DNA from: an uncultured Verrucomicrobiota bacterium
GTDB taxonomy: Bacteria > Verrucomicrobiota > Verrucomicrobiia > Limisphaerales > JADLHS01
Assembly (NCBI GenBank): GCA_903828255.1
Contig: CAIKLQ010000501.1
Location: 9,491-73,490, forward strand
DNA length: 64,000 nt
Direction: 5' to 3'
Shown: positions 51,336 through 60,848 of the stretch, one piece after another
Layout: each line of letters starts with the position of its first letter
Numbering within the stretch: position 1 is the stretch's first letter
Notes under the pieces: generated by a model
Told to the model about the DNA's origin: nothing
Database searches by the model: none
What the model saw: the letters and a program-made list of their open reading frames with translations, nothing else
Translations under genes and position numbers: made by a program

Positions 51336-53195
51336 ATGAACAGGTCAGAAACTTTAGTCGGAGATTGCTACACTCAGAACCCCGAGCTGTGGAAGGCAGC
51401 ATGGCGTAAATACATCACGCGTCAATTGGCTCAAAGAGCACGAAGCTTTCTAAGCTCCATTTCTCCATTACAGATTGACCCTCAGATTGCGACTATTGGA
51501 CAGCCGACAGTTCGCGTGGGGATTGTGACTGTTGAATCAGCAATTCATTTCATCCTTGATGAGATCGCAGGACCCGGTGAGTTTCGTGCTCTAGCCGCAG
51601 CATCCTGCATTTCTAACGGAGTCGGATTACCCTCACGCTCAAAAGTTGAAAATGTATTGCGCCCCATGATAGCTGCATCACTTACCAGTAGAGAAGGGAC
51701 GACAGAAATATCTTTGGTTGCCGACCATGAAGTTTATGGGGGGGTGGCTGATGTTTTAAGTGAAGAACTTTTTCAGCTCGGACAGTCAGGTGCAATTCAT
51801 GGGGAAGGAGTGATTCTTAATCAGTGTCTATTGATCTACCACCTGCGACGTTGGCGCTTCCCCTTTAGTCAATTACCGCAAGCTCTCAACGATATGAATA
51901 CCGGCGATTTGGGTTTGCCCGGTCATGTCATCTCGATACAAAACCGCCATTTCGCCTCGAATAATGAGGATGACTTTTCGGTCCCCGTCGTTCCTCCTAC
52001 CAGCGCCGCATTGCCAAATGCCGTTCTGACACACAGCAATCTTCTAAGCGCAGTGCAGAGCGAGTCGGCCGCCATCGCGGCAAACGCAGGCTTTTTTCAC
52101 CGCGCATTGAATATTAATCGCCCAATAGACCCTCAACTTCTGGCACAATCCTCGTTTGCAACGCAGCAACTTGTTGAGTCAGGGCGTAGGCTGGTCTACA
52201 CACAATATGAGAATACGTCGCTTGTATTAATGTCGCTCGCCAGTATTGAGTTTTTATTGCGTTCGTTCTGCCCTCAACCTTGTGCCCCAGATCATCCTCT
52301 CGAAGAGGTGCTTCTACTCCACACTCAAATTTCAGAACGGCTTTGTGACACACTCAAGCGCATCTTTAGCACCGATGCTTGGAATATACGCAATCGCTGT
52401 ATGCACGGTTCTTTTCTTGAACTTGAAGGACGCCGCGAAGACATGTTACGCCAATCTGGAATACTTTCTGGCCATGGTGTCGCTGCGGTGGATTTGTCGC
52501 AAGACGGGAGTCTACCAGCAAATGTGTCATTTGTGATATTGACGGCCTTAAACAATTTGGCCCTGGAATTGGAACGTGGCGGGAGAACATGTGATCGCCA
52601 GTGGGCACAACACTTTCTACTCACGGGTGAAGAGATCGGTTTTGCAAATTCCGTCCGTTGCGATCTGCTGCAAAACATTGGAGAAGCCGAAGCGTGGAGA
52701 CGACACATCCGGGATTATTTACGTGCAGTTACTCCGTGCTTAAGCTCTCCGTTGCAAATTGGAATGCAAAGCTGGGTCACGCCGGCTCACTCGATTGACT
52801 CAATGCCCGGATTTTTTTTCTTAATGCTACTTTTCGAGCCGTTCCTTCGTCAGACACTTCTCTTTGCAGGTCGAAGTGTTCTCCAGAACCAAATCTCTGG
52901 CAGGGGTGGTGTGCCCCACTATCGTGTTCAATACAAAATGATGGACGAGAACGGTCTGTTCACTGCCGCCAATATCTTCTGGTTGACCGAGGACTTAAGC
53001 CCGGCGGAGAAGCCAACCGCAGAACGCGTGTTGCGATTAGCCGTAAAGTGCCGTGACGCCGTTGCACATGGCGCAGTTTTCGACTACACGGCAGAGATTC
53101 GGAAGGTTTACGGGCACTTAGTCATCAAAGCCATGCAGCTAGTTATTGAGGCTGGGCTGAGGCAATTGGAAAGCACAGGGAGCCGCACCCGATGA
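51336..53195 (+). CDS. Protein with two HEPN-like RxxxxH motifs (DUF4209-like)
   Basis: 'IEFLLR...NIRNRCMHG' and 'FEPFLR...CRDAVAHG'; ATG 51336 preferred. Confidence 0.65.
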   Translation: MNRSETLVGDCYTQNPELWKAAWRKYITRQLAQRARSFLSSISPLQIDPQIATIGQPTVRVGIVTVESAIHFILDEIAGPGEFRALAAASCISNGVGLPSRSKVENVLRPMIAASLTSREGTTEISLVADHEVYGGVADVLSEELFQLGQSGAIHGEGVILNQCLLIYHLRRWRFPFSQLPQALNDMNTGDLGLPGHVISIQNRHFASNNEDDFSVPVVPPTSAALPNAVLTHSNLLSAVQSESAAIAANAGFFHRALNINRPIDPQLLAQSSFATQQLVESGRRLVYTQYENTSLVLMSLASIEFLLRSFCPQPCAPDHPLEEVLLLHTQISERLCDTLKRIFSTDAWNIRNRCMHGSFLELEGRREDMLRQSGILSGHGVAAVDLSQDGSLPANVSFVILTALNNLALELERGGRTCDRQWAQHFLLTGEEIGFANSVRCDLLQNIGEAEAWRRHIRDYLRAVTPCLSSPLQIGMQSWVTPAHSIDSMPGFFFLMLLFEPFLRQTLLFAGRSVLQNQISGRGGVPHYRVQYKMMDENGLFTAANIFWLTEDLSPAEKPTAERVLRLAVKCRDAVAHGAVFDYTAEIRKVYGHLVIKAMQLVIEAGLRQLESTGSRTR

Positions 53196-53338
53196 AAGCC
53201 ACCCCCATCGTCAAAAGTAAGGAGGAGGCTACCGGCCCCACCGTCCCGGAAACCAATGACATCCAACTCGATGCCGTGTCTTACACTCTAAGCGCCTTCC
53301 CCATTGTGAACCGGATGAACGCGGCGAACTACGATTAA
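53192..53338 (+). pseudogene. 48-codon remnant similar to the DrmMI-like MTase C-terminal segment
   Basis: Translates 'TPIVKSKEEA...DAVSYTLSAFPIVNRMNAANYD' versus the MTase 'AAIAYILDSFPIVKRKDEAKFNGD'. Confidence 0.5.
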
Positions 53339-53343
53339 AACCA

Positions 53344-56300
53344 ATGTCTGCCAACGCTCAATCCTTTAGTGCACGCCGATCAGGTGGCGTCCGCCATACA
53401 CCGGAAGCAGACATTGAGAGCATTCGGGACCTGCTTCGTGGCTATGGCTCGTCGCGAAGCATTTTGAAGGAGTTGATCCAAAACGCGGAAGACTCCGGCG
53501 CTTCGCGCATGGAAATGCTTTATCTCCCGGGCGACCCAGCCTCACCCCATTCGTTGCTGCGAGGCCCGGGATTGCTGGTCGCCAACAACGGAACTTTCAC
53601 ACAAGAGAACCGGGACGCTATCACCCAGATTAACCTCGGAACCAAGGGCACGGAGGAACGGGCCATTGGCCGGTTCGGCAAGGGCCTGAAGAGTGTGTTC
53701 GCCTGGTGCGAGGCGTTCTTCATCATCGCCCGCACGGACCGAAATCAAGGCTGGCCGGACGACTCCATCACCGACTTCTTTAACCCATGGCACGGTTGGC
53801 GACATCAGGACTGGGAGGATGAATTCGAGAAAAGCGGGGACATTCTTCTGATTGAGACAAGGAAACACTTTGCAGACATCTACAGCGAAAGTGACCCCTG
53901 GCTTGCATTTTGGTTTCCCCTGCGATGCGAATTACACACCAAAGATGGCGACGATCGGGAAAGCTTCGACAACGGTTTGCCCGGTGAAGATCCGAGTTTT
54001 ATCAAAAAGCTCGCCACGGAGCTGCAGACGTTAGCTCCTTCGCTTGTTTCCCTCAGAAACCTGCAACGGATTGCGATCATGGACGGCAACGGTGGAAAGC
54101 AGACATCTCTGATTTGGGAGTTCCCGCAGAAGAGCGAGCGAATCCCAGCGCCGGATTCAGAATCCGATTCTGTTAAATTTGTCAGTGGCGAAACAACGCT
54201 GCGTGCTGATTGTGAGACTCCGTTGCGCTACTGCGGATTTGCGGGGCGACTACCCGATCAGGCAGTTGATCAGCTTAAGACTGCGGCGGACTGGCCCCGG
54301 GTAGTCCAGCGCACGCGCGACAGGAGCAAGGCCGGGTGTCCGGTCAAAGGCGAAGCTCACTTCGCCACGTTGCTCACATGGGGTGCTGTTAACGAAGACA
54401 AGTCGCCCGGCAGTCTTGACGTGCGCTGGTGCGTCTTTTTCCCCGTGGGCAAGCAACCGCCCGGTGTTGGCCGCATCGAACTCCCCACAATCCGTCGTCC
54501 CATTACGCTGAACCTCCATGGGTTCTTCTTCTTGGATTCCGAGCGGTTGCGAATTGATGGCTTGGACGACGCGTTCAGCCACAATGGTTCAACGGCCATT
54601 CGGGTCTGTGTCGAATGGAATCGCATCCTCGCAACACAAGGGACACTGGCAAGGCTTCCTGCCGCCCTCGCCGCTTTTGCAGATCAAGAGTCATTTACCA
54701 ATCCCCAATGTAACGAACTCGCACACGCCATCCAGCAGACAGGAGTCTGGTCGAACTTTAGGGACGCCGTCTGTCACCTTGAAACATGGCGACCCCGCTG
54801 GCGGTCAGGCGCTGAGAAGTGGGAACTCGTTCCGGTCGGCAATACGGTTCTTTTCATCCCCAGGATTTCCGCCACTGGCGAAGTCCTCGCCCGCCTTCCC
54901 AAGCTGGCGAGCTTGAGCGAACTCGTTACGCTGGTCGCTCGTGGTAGTGACAAAGATCTGCCGGGCCTCTACGACGGCGCAGAGCAAAAATGGCCTGAGA
55001 ATTTAGTGCTGCAATTGTTGGATGGTGTGCAACTCAGCCCCACCGCCGATCAGGCGGCTGCCGATTGGATCAACGCCCTCTTAACTTACCTGCATGAAAC
55101 ACACTCCCTGACTCCCGCCATCCGTGAGCGAGTTTCCACTCTGCCACTCCTGCCGGTGCGTGTGGCTCGCACCGGGGTCCATCGGCGCGTAAGTGCGGGA
55201 GAATGGGACGCTGCGATTGCGGCCGATCAACTATTCGCACCCGCCACCCAGACGGATGGTTGGCTGCGTTTGTTGCACCCTGCTTTACCTGATTGGTCTT
55301 GCATCATCGCCGAATGGACCATCCCTGGGTGGTTCACGGGCCAACGTCCGCCTCTGCTTAATGCTCTCACTGCCGCATCCGCTGTCGTCTCGCAGTCCAC
55401 ACTGGGAGAGTTCACCGCGCTGGCCGAGTTGGTGCGCCACTTCATTTCTCAACCCGGCCTGCCGGACTCATTGCGCTTGGCCGTGCGCTACCTGATGCAC
55501 GGCCACGCCGCCCATGCGCAGGACCGCGAACACTTCCTGTTCATGCCATCAACGCAGCCAGGCATGCTGATCTGGAGTCGTCTCATCAAGCAGTTGCTCA
55601 TTCACGAGGGCGGGGAAAATTCCTGGCGGCTCCTGCATCAGCAGTGGGCCTCGGTCCTTAGCCCTCAGGCTCAGAAGGACCTGACGGTGTCCACCATTGA
55701 CCAACTGGGCGCGTGGGAGGAGTTGATGACCGCCCAGGCCGACTTCAGCACGCTGGAATTCCCGGCCACCGAATGGTCTGCCTCCGATATCGCCACGTTG
55801 CTGCACGGTCTGTTCCAGGTCGGCCAGTCGAATCTCGACGGCACGATTGCTCTCCTGCGCAAACTGCGCCTGCACAACCTGCGGGGGCAATCCAACGAAC
55901 GCGTGTCCGTTGCGGCTGCCGATGGACGACTGGGCGATCTGTTCGTCCTCCAAACTCTCAACTTCGAGGCCTCTATTCCCAAAGAACTCCTGCCGCTGTG
56001 GGAACGATTCCTCTCCACCACAAAAATCGTGGAGCGCGTCCAGGACGGGTTGGCCGCGACCGTTCAGGAAAAACTCTTCCGGAACACTACCGCTGAGGGC
56101 GAAGAATACGATGCCACGCTGGACTGGAACTATGTGGTGCGCCGTTGCCTCGAATCCTCCGACGCATGCGCTTGGGCGCCGCTGATCATGGAGGCGCTTA
56201 GCCACGGCGATCTGGCGGTGCGGGGATTAGGTCCAAAATTGAAGCAGACCGAATGGCTGCCCTTGTCGTCCGCCGGCAGCCTCGCACCTGACTCCATCAT

Positions 56301-59300
56301 CATGATCGATGGCTTGGAGGTGGAGCTTCACGAACTGCTCGATCCCGCCGAGGACGGGCTGGCCGGGACTCGCGCGCTGTCGGAAGCCGTGGTCGGGCAC
56401 GATGGTTTCGCCACGCTCAAGAAATATTTCCCCAACATCGAGGAGGCGCTGGGACTCCTTGGCCTTTGGCTGAAGGATAAGCCAGATTGGCATCTCGGTT
56501 TGGCTGAGTCATCGTTGCCCCCGGAGTTGGACAAGTTTCTCCCGTCCGTCGAAACCCTGCCCGAGCTTCCCGGCGCCGGACTGCTGGCCAAACTGTGGCG
56601 GCTGCCCAGCCAGGCTGAAAGCGATGAGTGGGATGCTTTGTTGCGAGAACACATCTGGCCGGCAATTCTGCGGCCATTTGCCTATGAACAAGACGGCGTG
56701 ATCCGCCTTGAGCGCGTGCTCTCCCAGTTGGCGACCACACCAACCCGCATTGCGTTTGATGCCTACCTGCGGCAGGCCGTCGCCGACACTGTGGTCGTGC
56801 CCATGCTTCCGCGTCTGTCGTTGGTGAACCAGCGCGGACAGTGGCGTCTCGCCAGCCAGTTGATTTGGCCTTCCGCCAATCTCGATCCTGCCGCCCAGTT
56901 GTGTCAGGAACAGGACCACATTCTATCGGCCATCCGGGTCGCACCAATTCAGCCGGGCACCGCCGCTCCTGCCCAACGAGCCGTGCAGGGCCGCTTGGAG
57001 TTGGGCGATAACCGATTGGACTCCGAGCCGGATTTTCCCGCCCAAGCCAAAATCTTGGCTGGCTACCTTCAGCCGTTTCGGAACGGCAACGTGGGAGAAA
57101 TCCTCCCAGCGGCGCTGGTGGCCGTTCTCGGCAGCCACCCCACCATGCTGGCCCTTCTCCGCGAACTGCTCCAAGCTGGATTCGGTCAGGACCCGGACGA
57201 TTTTCTAACCTATCTACTGGGCGAACAACGCACCAAAGTCATCAACGAGGTCCGTTCCCAGCGTTTTCTGATCGAGATTGTCCATGGCCGCAGCACGCAC
57301 GCTCAAACCATCACCGGTGACAGGGTGACGGTAGACCTGACCACGGACATCAATACGCTCATCGTTGGGGATTCTTCTGAGCTTTGGCGTCGTTACTTTT
57401 ACCAGCATCGTCCAGAAACCGAATGTCATCGCTTGCGTTTGCGCGCCATCGAACGACCCGATGATTTGTCCGATCCCGTCGCCATCTTCGCATCCACGAT
57501 CGAAACCATCCTGCTTAAGGTTCACTGCAATGGCGTCACGAGTCTCTGCCCGAGCAACCTCAAGGAGGTGTTGGGCGAGGTGGCGGATGCTGGTCAGGCC
57601 GATCTGCGGCGCAGTCAGCTTTACCTATTGGACATGGCCGAGGCGCGCCTCAAGGAATTGGCGGTGCGCAGCATTCCGGAATTCGAACAGGTGCTTCGGC
57701 AATTCAGTGATGCGCGCCAGGCACGGGTGGATGCCGATTTGTTCCAGACAAGATCCCCTGCACGGGCCAGGGAGAAGCTCGAAAAAGCCGAAAAACTTAT
57801 CACCGAGGCCAAACGCACCTTGGTGAGCCTTTTGCAGTCACCCGAGGACGAAGCCACCCGACGCACGCTCGTTGAGGCCGTGCGTCGCAAAATGACCGAC
57901 TTCCAATACAGTCTCGATTCGGTAGCGCTTGAATTGTTTCAGAACGCCGATGACGCCGTCGCCGAATGGGAGGAGATGAAGCAAGAACTCCACCCACACG
58001 AGCGCCAGTTCGTAGTCCACTTGGATGCGACCCAGCGACAGCTGGAGCTGATCCACTGGGGACGCCCGATCAATCGCCACGCCTTCGCTGGTTTTCTGCA
58101 CGGTCTCAAGCGCGGCTACGATCAGGACCTGCAGAAAATGCTCACCCTTAATTTCTCCGACAAGGGTGTCGGCAGTGCCGATCAGCCGGTCATTGTGACC
58201 GGCCGCTTTGGCCTCGGTTTCAAAACGGTCTTTTTTGTGGCGGACCAACCCGAGGTGATCAGTGGCCGGCTGGCCTTTGAGATTCGTGGCGGTTTCTTCC
58301 CGGTGCCGTTGCCACTCGATAACGCCAAAGCCTTGCGCGAGTGGGCAGACTCGCTCGGCGTTCCCGGTTTAGTGCCTACGGCCATTCGCCTCAAATGGGC
58401 TGCTGACACCAAGGCCGAAGAACTCTCCAAGGCTTTTGACGCGTTCACGTGCATCGCACCCTTGCTGGCCATTTTCTCCCGCCGCATCCGCACGTTGAGC
58501 GTAAAAAACGGCGACGACAGCGTCACCATCACCAGCCACGAAGAAAAACTGACCGACTCCGGCCGGCTTACGCACATCCAGGTCGCCCAAAAGGCTTATC
58601 TCTGTTTCCGCTGCCCGCTCCGCGCTGACGAACGCCCCGCCTCGGTGCTGATTCAGTTGGACGCCAGCGGCGTATCTCATTTGCCGGAGAGTTTGCCCCG
58701 CCTGTGGATTACCACGCCCACCACCGAGCACTCGGATTTGCGCTGGGCTGTGAACGCTCCATTCAAACCCGATGCCGGTCGCCAGCGGCTTGCGCTTAAC
58801 AATCCGGTGAATCGCCAGATTGCCGAAGAGGTGGCCCACACCTGGCTTCAGTCATTACTCGAATTGTATGATGAGACGCAGGCGCGTTGGGACGCGTTCG
58901 CCCTTCAGCTGGACCTGCATTCAACCGCCTCTTTCGAAAATTGGTGGCTGCAACTTTGGAACGAAATGACCCGGACCTGGCCCGTCTGTAAATGGGAAAA
59001 CCTGCGCGATGGCGGCCAAGTGTTGGGCTATATCGCTTGGGGACAGTCCACCGGTGCCATGCTTCGGCTGATCCAGCAACGCTCCGCCATCCCATCCAAC
59101 CTTCCCGGTGCTTACGCCCGTCTGGTAAAAAGTGGCGACGTTCATTTTTCCATCGCAGGCCTGCTGGCCGATCAGGCCAACGGTTGCCTGGCGCTAATCG
59201 CCGAATGGGTCTCCGCGCAGACAGCCTTTCCCCCCGGGCAGACCGTTGACGCCGAGGTCGCCCAGTTTCTCAAGCAAACGCTGCCTGCCCAAAAACTCAA

Positions 59301-60843
59301 AGGCGAATTGAACTTGCGCACCGCACTGAACGCCGAATTGGGTGAGAACCAGGAGGTGAACCATTTGATCGGCGAGCGCCTCGGCCAGCTCTTCCTCCAG
59401 TGCAAGGCGCTCTTCGACACCTCTAGTCCTTATTCGTCCGAAGTGCAGCCGCTCCTGTCCTCGCTCAACCAAGCCAAGCTGCTTGCCTCAGACGGCAAAT
59501 ATTATCCTGCGCCAAATCTCATCTGCCCTCGATCACTCGACAACCTTATTGATAAGGACGAGGCCGACCGTGCGAAGTTCGCCCCCGCATCCGCCGTCCT
59601 TTCCACCGGCTATTCGGAGGCGGCCTTGCATTTCTTCGTGAAGGCCCGGGGACAACTCGCGGCCAACGCGATCATGCTGGCAGCATGGGTCAGGCAGGCT
59701 TCGCCGGAACAACTCCCTGCCATCTTCAGGTATCTCATCGAAGGCGAGCTGGGCCAGCAACTGGCCGACGAGTTGAAACGGCCGTGGCTCGACACGCAAC
59801 GTGCGACGTCCGCCTTCCAAAGTTTGTTGTCTCCCGACCAGAACGAATTGGAACGCAAATTCTCGCGCGGCCGTATTATCATTACGCAGACACCCATCGA
59901 GGTCAGCATCATCGAACTTCCCCCCGCCGTTCAGGTCATGGAGGCCGATGTCGCTTTCCGCCTCGTCTCGGAATGGTGGACTCGGGAACACGCTACGTGG
60001 ACGGCAGACTACGAGGCCCGAACCTACCCGCCCGGATTCCCGGGCACCTTGCCCTGGCCGGGTGAAGACGAGTGGGACGCATCCACAGCACCTTCCGCCC
60101 AGGCGCGCTGGCTCTTGCTCTTCGTCCAAGCTGCCTTGGTTCCTCTTGGCTTCAATCGCATTGGCCGGGACCAAAGTTTCACCCGTTTCCTCGTCCAGAA
60201 TGATTGGGTGGATGTTCTTGCACGGGTATCCCATGACCCGAATGTTTTATTCACTGTGCTGGACGACTACCTGGGCGCTTACATCCAGAACACCCAGTTC
60301 CATTTTCAAATGCGTCAGTTTATTGCTTTTTACGCGGTGTCCCGAAACCTCGATTCGTTCCTCCATTCGCTGCGTGCTGCCGAGAGCTCCACACAGCCTG
60401 ACGCCTTCAATTTGGTGTTCAGCCCAAACGCCAATCCCGCCCTCTCCGGCACGGGCATCGTTGCCCCGCCTCTGAGCGGCATGCTCGGCATGGGCACTTG
60501 CCAGTTGCTCCGCGAACTCTATCGGCTTGGTCGATTGTCCAATCCCCACGGCTACCAGTTTGCCTTCACGCCGATTCGCAAGGTGCGCCGGCTATGCACA
60601 CAGCTTTTTGGCACTTCGGAAGGAGACGCCGGCGCCGCTGCTTCGATGGCCATTTTCTCTGAACTTCAGGCCATGGGCACCGAGTTGAAGTTGGACCCTA
60701 CCTTCAAACACTCCTTTGACTTGCCTTTCCAGATTCTCGCCGAGAACAAGAGCCTCCGCATCACAGTCCTGCGGGAAGACTTCGAAGCCGAGGCCATGGA
60801 TAGTCCCGAACTCGACGCCGCACCCAGGAATTTCTCCTTCTAA
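53344..60843 (+). CDS. Sacsin-like protein with two GHKL/HSP90-like ATPase repeats (2499 aa)
   Basis: 'KELIQNAED...NNG.F...GRFGKGLKSVF' and 'LELFQNADD...HWG...GRFGLGFKTVF', each followed by 'LHGFF'/'VNAPF...R' segments. Confidence 0.85.
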   Translation: MSANAQSFSARRSGGVRHTPEADIESIRDLLRGYGSSRSILKELIQNAEDSGASRMEMLYLPGDPASPHSLLRGPGLLVANNGTFTQENRDAITQINLGTKGTEERAIGRFGKGLKSVFAWCEAFFIIARTDRNQGWPDDSITDFFNPWHGWRHQDWEDEFEKSGDILLIETRKHFADIYSESDPWLAFWFPLRCELHTKDGDDRESFDNGLPGEDPSFIKKLATELQTLAPSLVSLRNLQRIAIMDGNGGKQTSLIWEFPQKSERIPAPDSESDSVKFVSGETTLRADCETPLRYCGFAGRLPDQAVDQLKTAADWPRVVQRTRDRSKAGCPVKGEAHFATLLTWGAVNEDKSPGSLDVRWCVFFPVGKQPPGVGRIELPTIRRPITLNLHGFFFLDSERLRIDGLDDAFSHNGSTAIRVCVEWNRILATQGTLARLPAALAAFADQESFTNPQCNELAHAIQQTGVWSNFRDAVCHLETWRPRWRSGAEKWELVPVGNTVLFIPRISATGEVLARLPKLASLSELVTLVARGSDKDLPGLYDGAEQKWPENLVLQLLDGVQLSPTADQAAADWINALLTYLHETHSLTPAIRERVSTLPLLPVRVARTGVHRRVSAGEWDAAIAADQLFAPATQTDGWLRLLHPALPDWSCIIAEWTIPGWFTGQRPPLLNALTAASAVVSQSTLGEFTALAELVRHFISQPGLPDSLRLAVRYLMHGHAAHAQDREHFLFMPSTQPGMLIWSRLIKQLLIHEGGENSWRLLHQQWASVLSPQAQKDLTVSTIDQLGAWEELMTAQADFSTLEFPATEWSASDIATLLHGLFQVGQSNLDGTIALLRKLRLHNLRGQSNERVSVAAADGRLGDLFVLQTLNFEASIPKELLPLWERFLSTTKIVERVQDGLAATVQEKLFRNTTAEGEEYDATLDWNYVVRRCLESSDACAWAPLIMEALSHGDLAVRGLGPKLKQTEWLPLSSAGSLAPDSIIMIDGLEVELHELLDPAEDGLAGTRALSEAVVGHDGFATLKKYFPNIEEALGLLGLWLKDKPDWHLGLAESSLPPELDKFLPSVETLPELPGAGLLAKLWRLPSQAESDEWDALLREHIWPAILRPFAYEQDGVIRLERVLSQLATTPTRIAFDAYLRQAVADTVVVPMLPRLSLVNQRGQWRLASQLIWPSANLDPAAQLCQEQDHILSAIRVAPIQPGTAAPAQRAVQGRLELGDNRLDSEPDFPAQAKILAGYLQPFRNGNVGEILPAALVAVLGSHPTMLALLRELLQAGFGQDPDDFLTYLLGEQRTKVINEVRSQRFLIEIVHGRSTHAQTITGDRVTVDLTTDINTLIVGDSSELWRRYFYQHRPETECHRLRLRAIERPDDLSDPVAIFASTIETILLKVHCNGVTSLCPSNLKEVLGEVADAGQADLRRSQLYLLDMAEARLKELAVRSIPEFEQVLRQFSDARQARVDADLFQTRSPARAREKLEKAEKLITEAKRTLVSLLQSPEDEATRRTLVEAVRRKMTDFQYSLDSVALELFQNADDAVAEWEEMKQELHPHERQFVVHLDATQRQLELIHWGRPINRHAFAGFLHGLKRGYDQDLQKMLTLNFSDKGVGSADQPVIVTGRFGLGFKTVFFVADQPEVISGRLAFEIRGGFFPVPLPLDNAKALREWADSLGVPGLVPTAIRLKWAADTKAEELSKAFDAFTCIAPLLAIFSRRIRTLSVKNGDDSVTITSHEEKLTDSGRLTHIQVAQKAYLCFRCPLRADERPASVLIQLDASGVSHLPESLPRLWITTPTTEHSDLRWAVNAPFKPDAGRQRLALNNPVNRQIAEEVAHTWLQSLLELYDETQARWDAFALQLDLHSTASFENWWLQLWNEMTRTWPVCKWENLRDGGQVLGYIAWGQSTGAMLRLIQQRSAIPSNLPGAYARLVKSGDVHFSIAGLLADQANGCLALIAEWVSAQTAFPPGQTVDAEVAQFLKQTLPAQKLKGELNLRTALNAELGENQEVNHLIGERLGQLFLQCKALFDTSSPYSSEVQPLLSSLNQAKLLASDGKYYPAPNLICPRSLDNLIDKDEADRAKFAPASAVLSTGYSEAALHFFVKARGQLAANAIMLAAWVRQASPEQLPAIFRYLIEGELGQQLADELKRPWLDTQRATSAFQSLLSPDQNELERKFSRGRIIITQTPIEVSIIELPPAVQVMEADVAFRLVSEWWTREHATWTADYEARTYPPGFPGTLPWPGEDEWDASTAPSAQARWLLLFVQAALVPLGFNRIGRDQSFTRFLVQNDWVDVLARVSHDPNVLFTVLDDYLGAYIQNTQFHFQMRQFIAFYAVSRNLDSFLHSLRAAESSTQPDAFNLVFSPNANPALSGTGIVAPPLSGMLGMGTCQLLRELYRLGRLSNPHGYQFAFTPIRKVRRLCTQLFGTSEGDAGAAASMAIFSELQAMGTELKLDPTFKHSFDLPFQILAENKSLRITVLREDFEAEAMDSPELDAAPRNFSF

Positions 60844-60848
60844 CCGCT

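Noticed and set aside
51336-53195. Cas13-like effector
   Set aside because: Two HEPN motifs, but it is only about 620 aa and has no CRISPR array or cas genes nearby.
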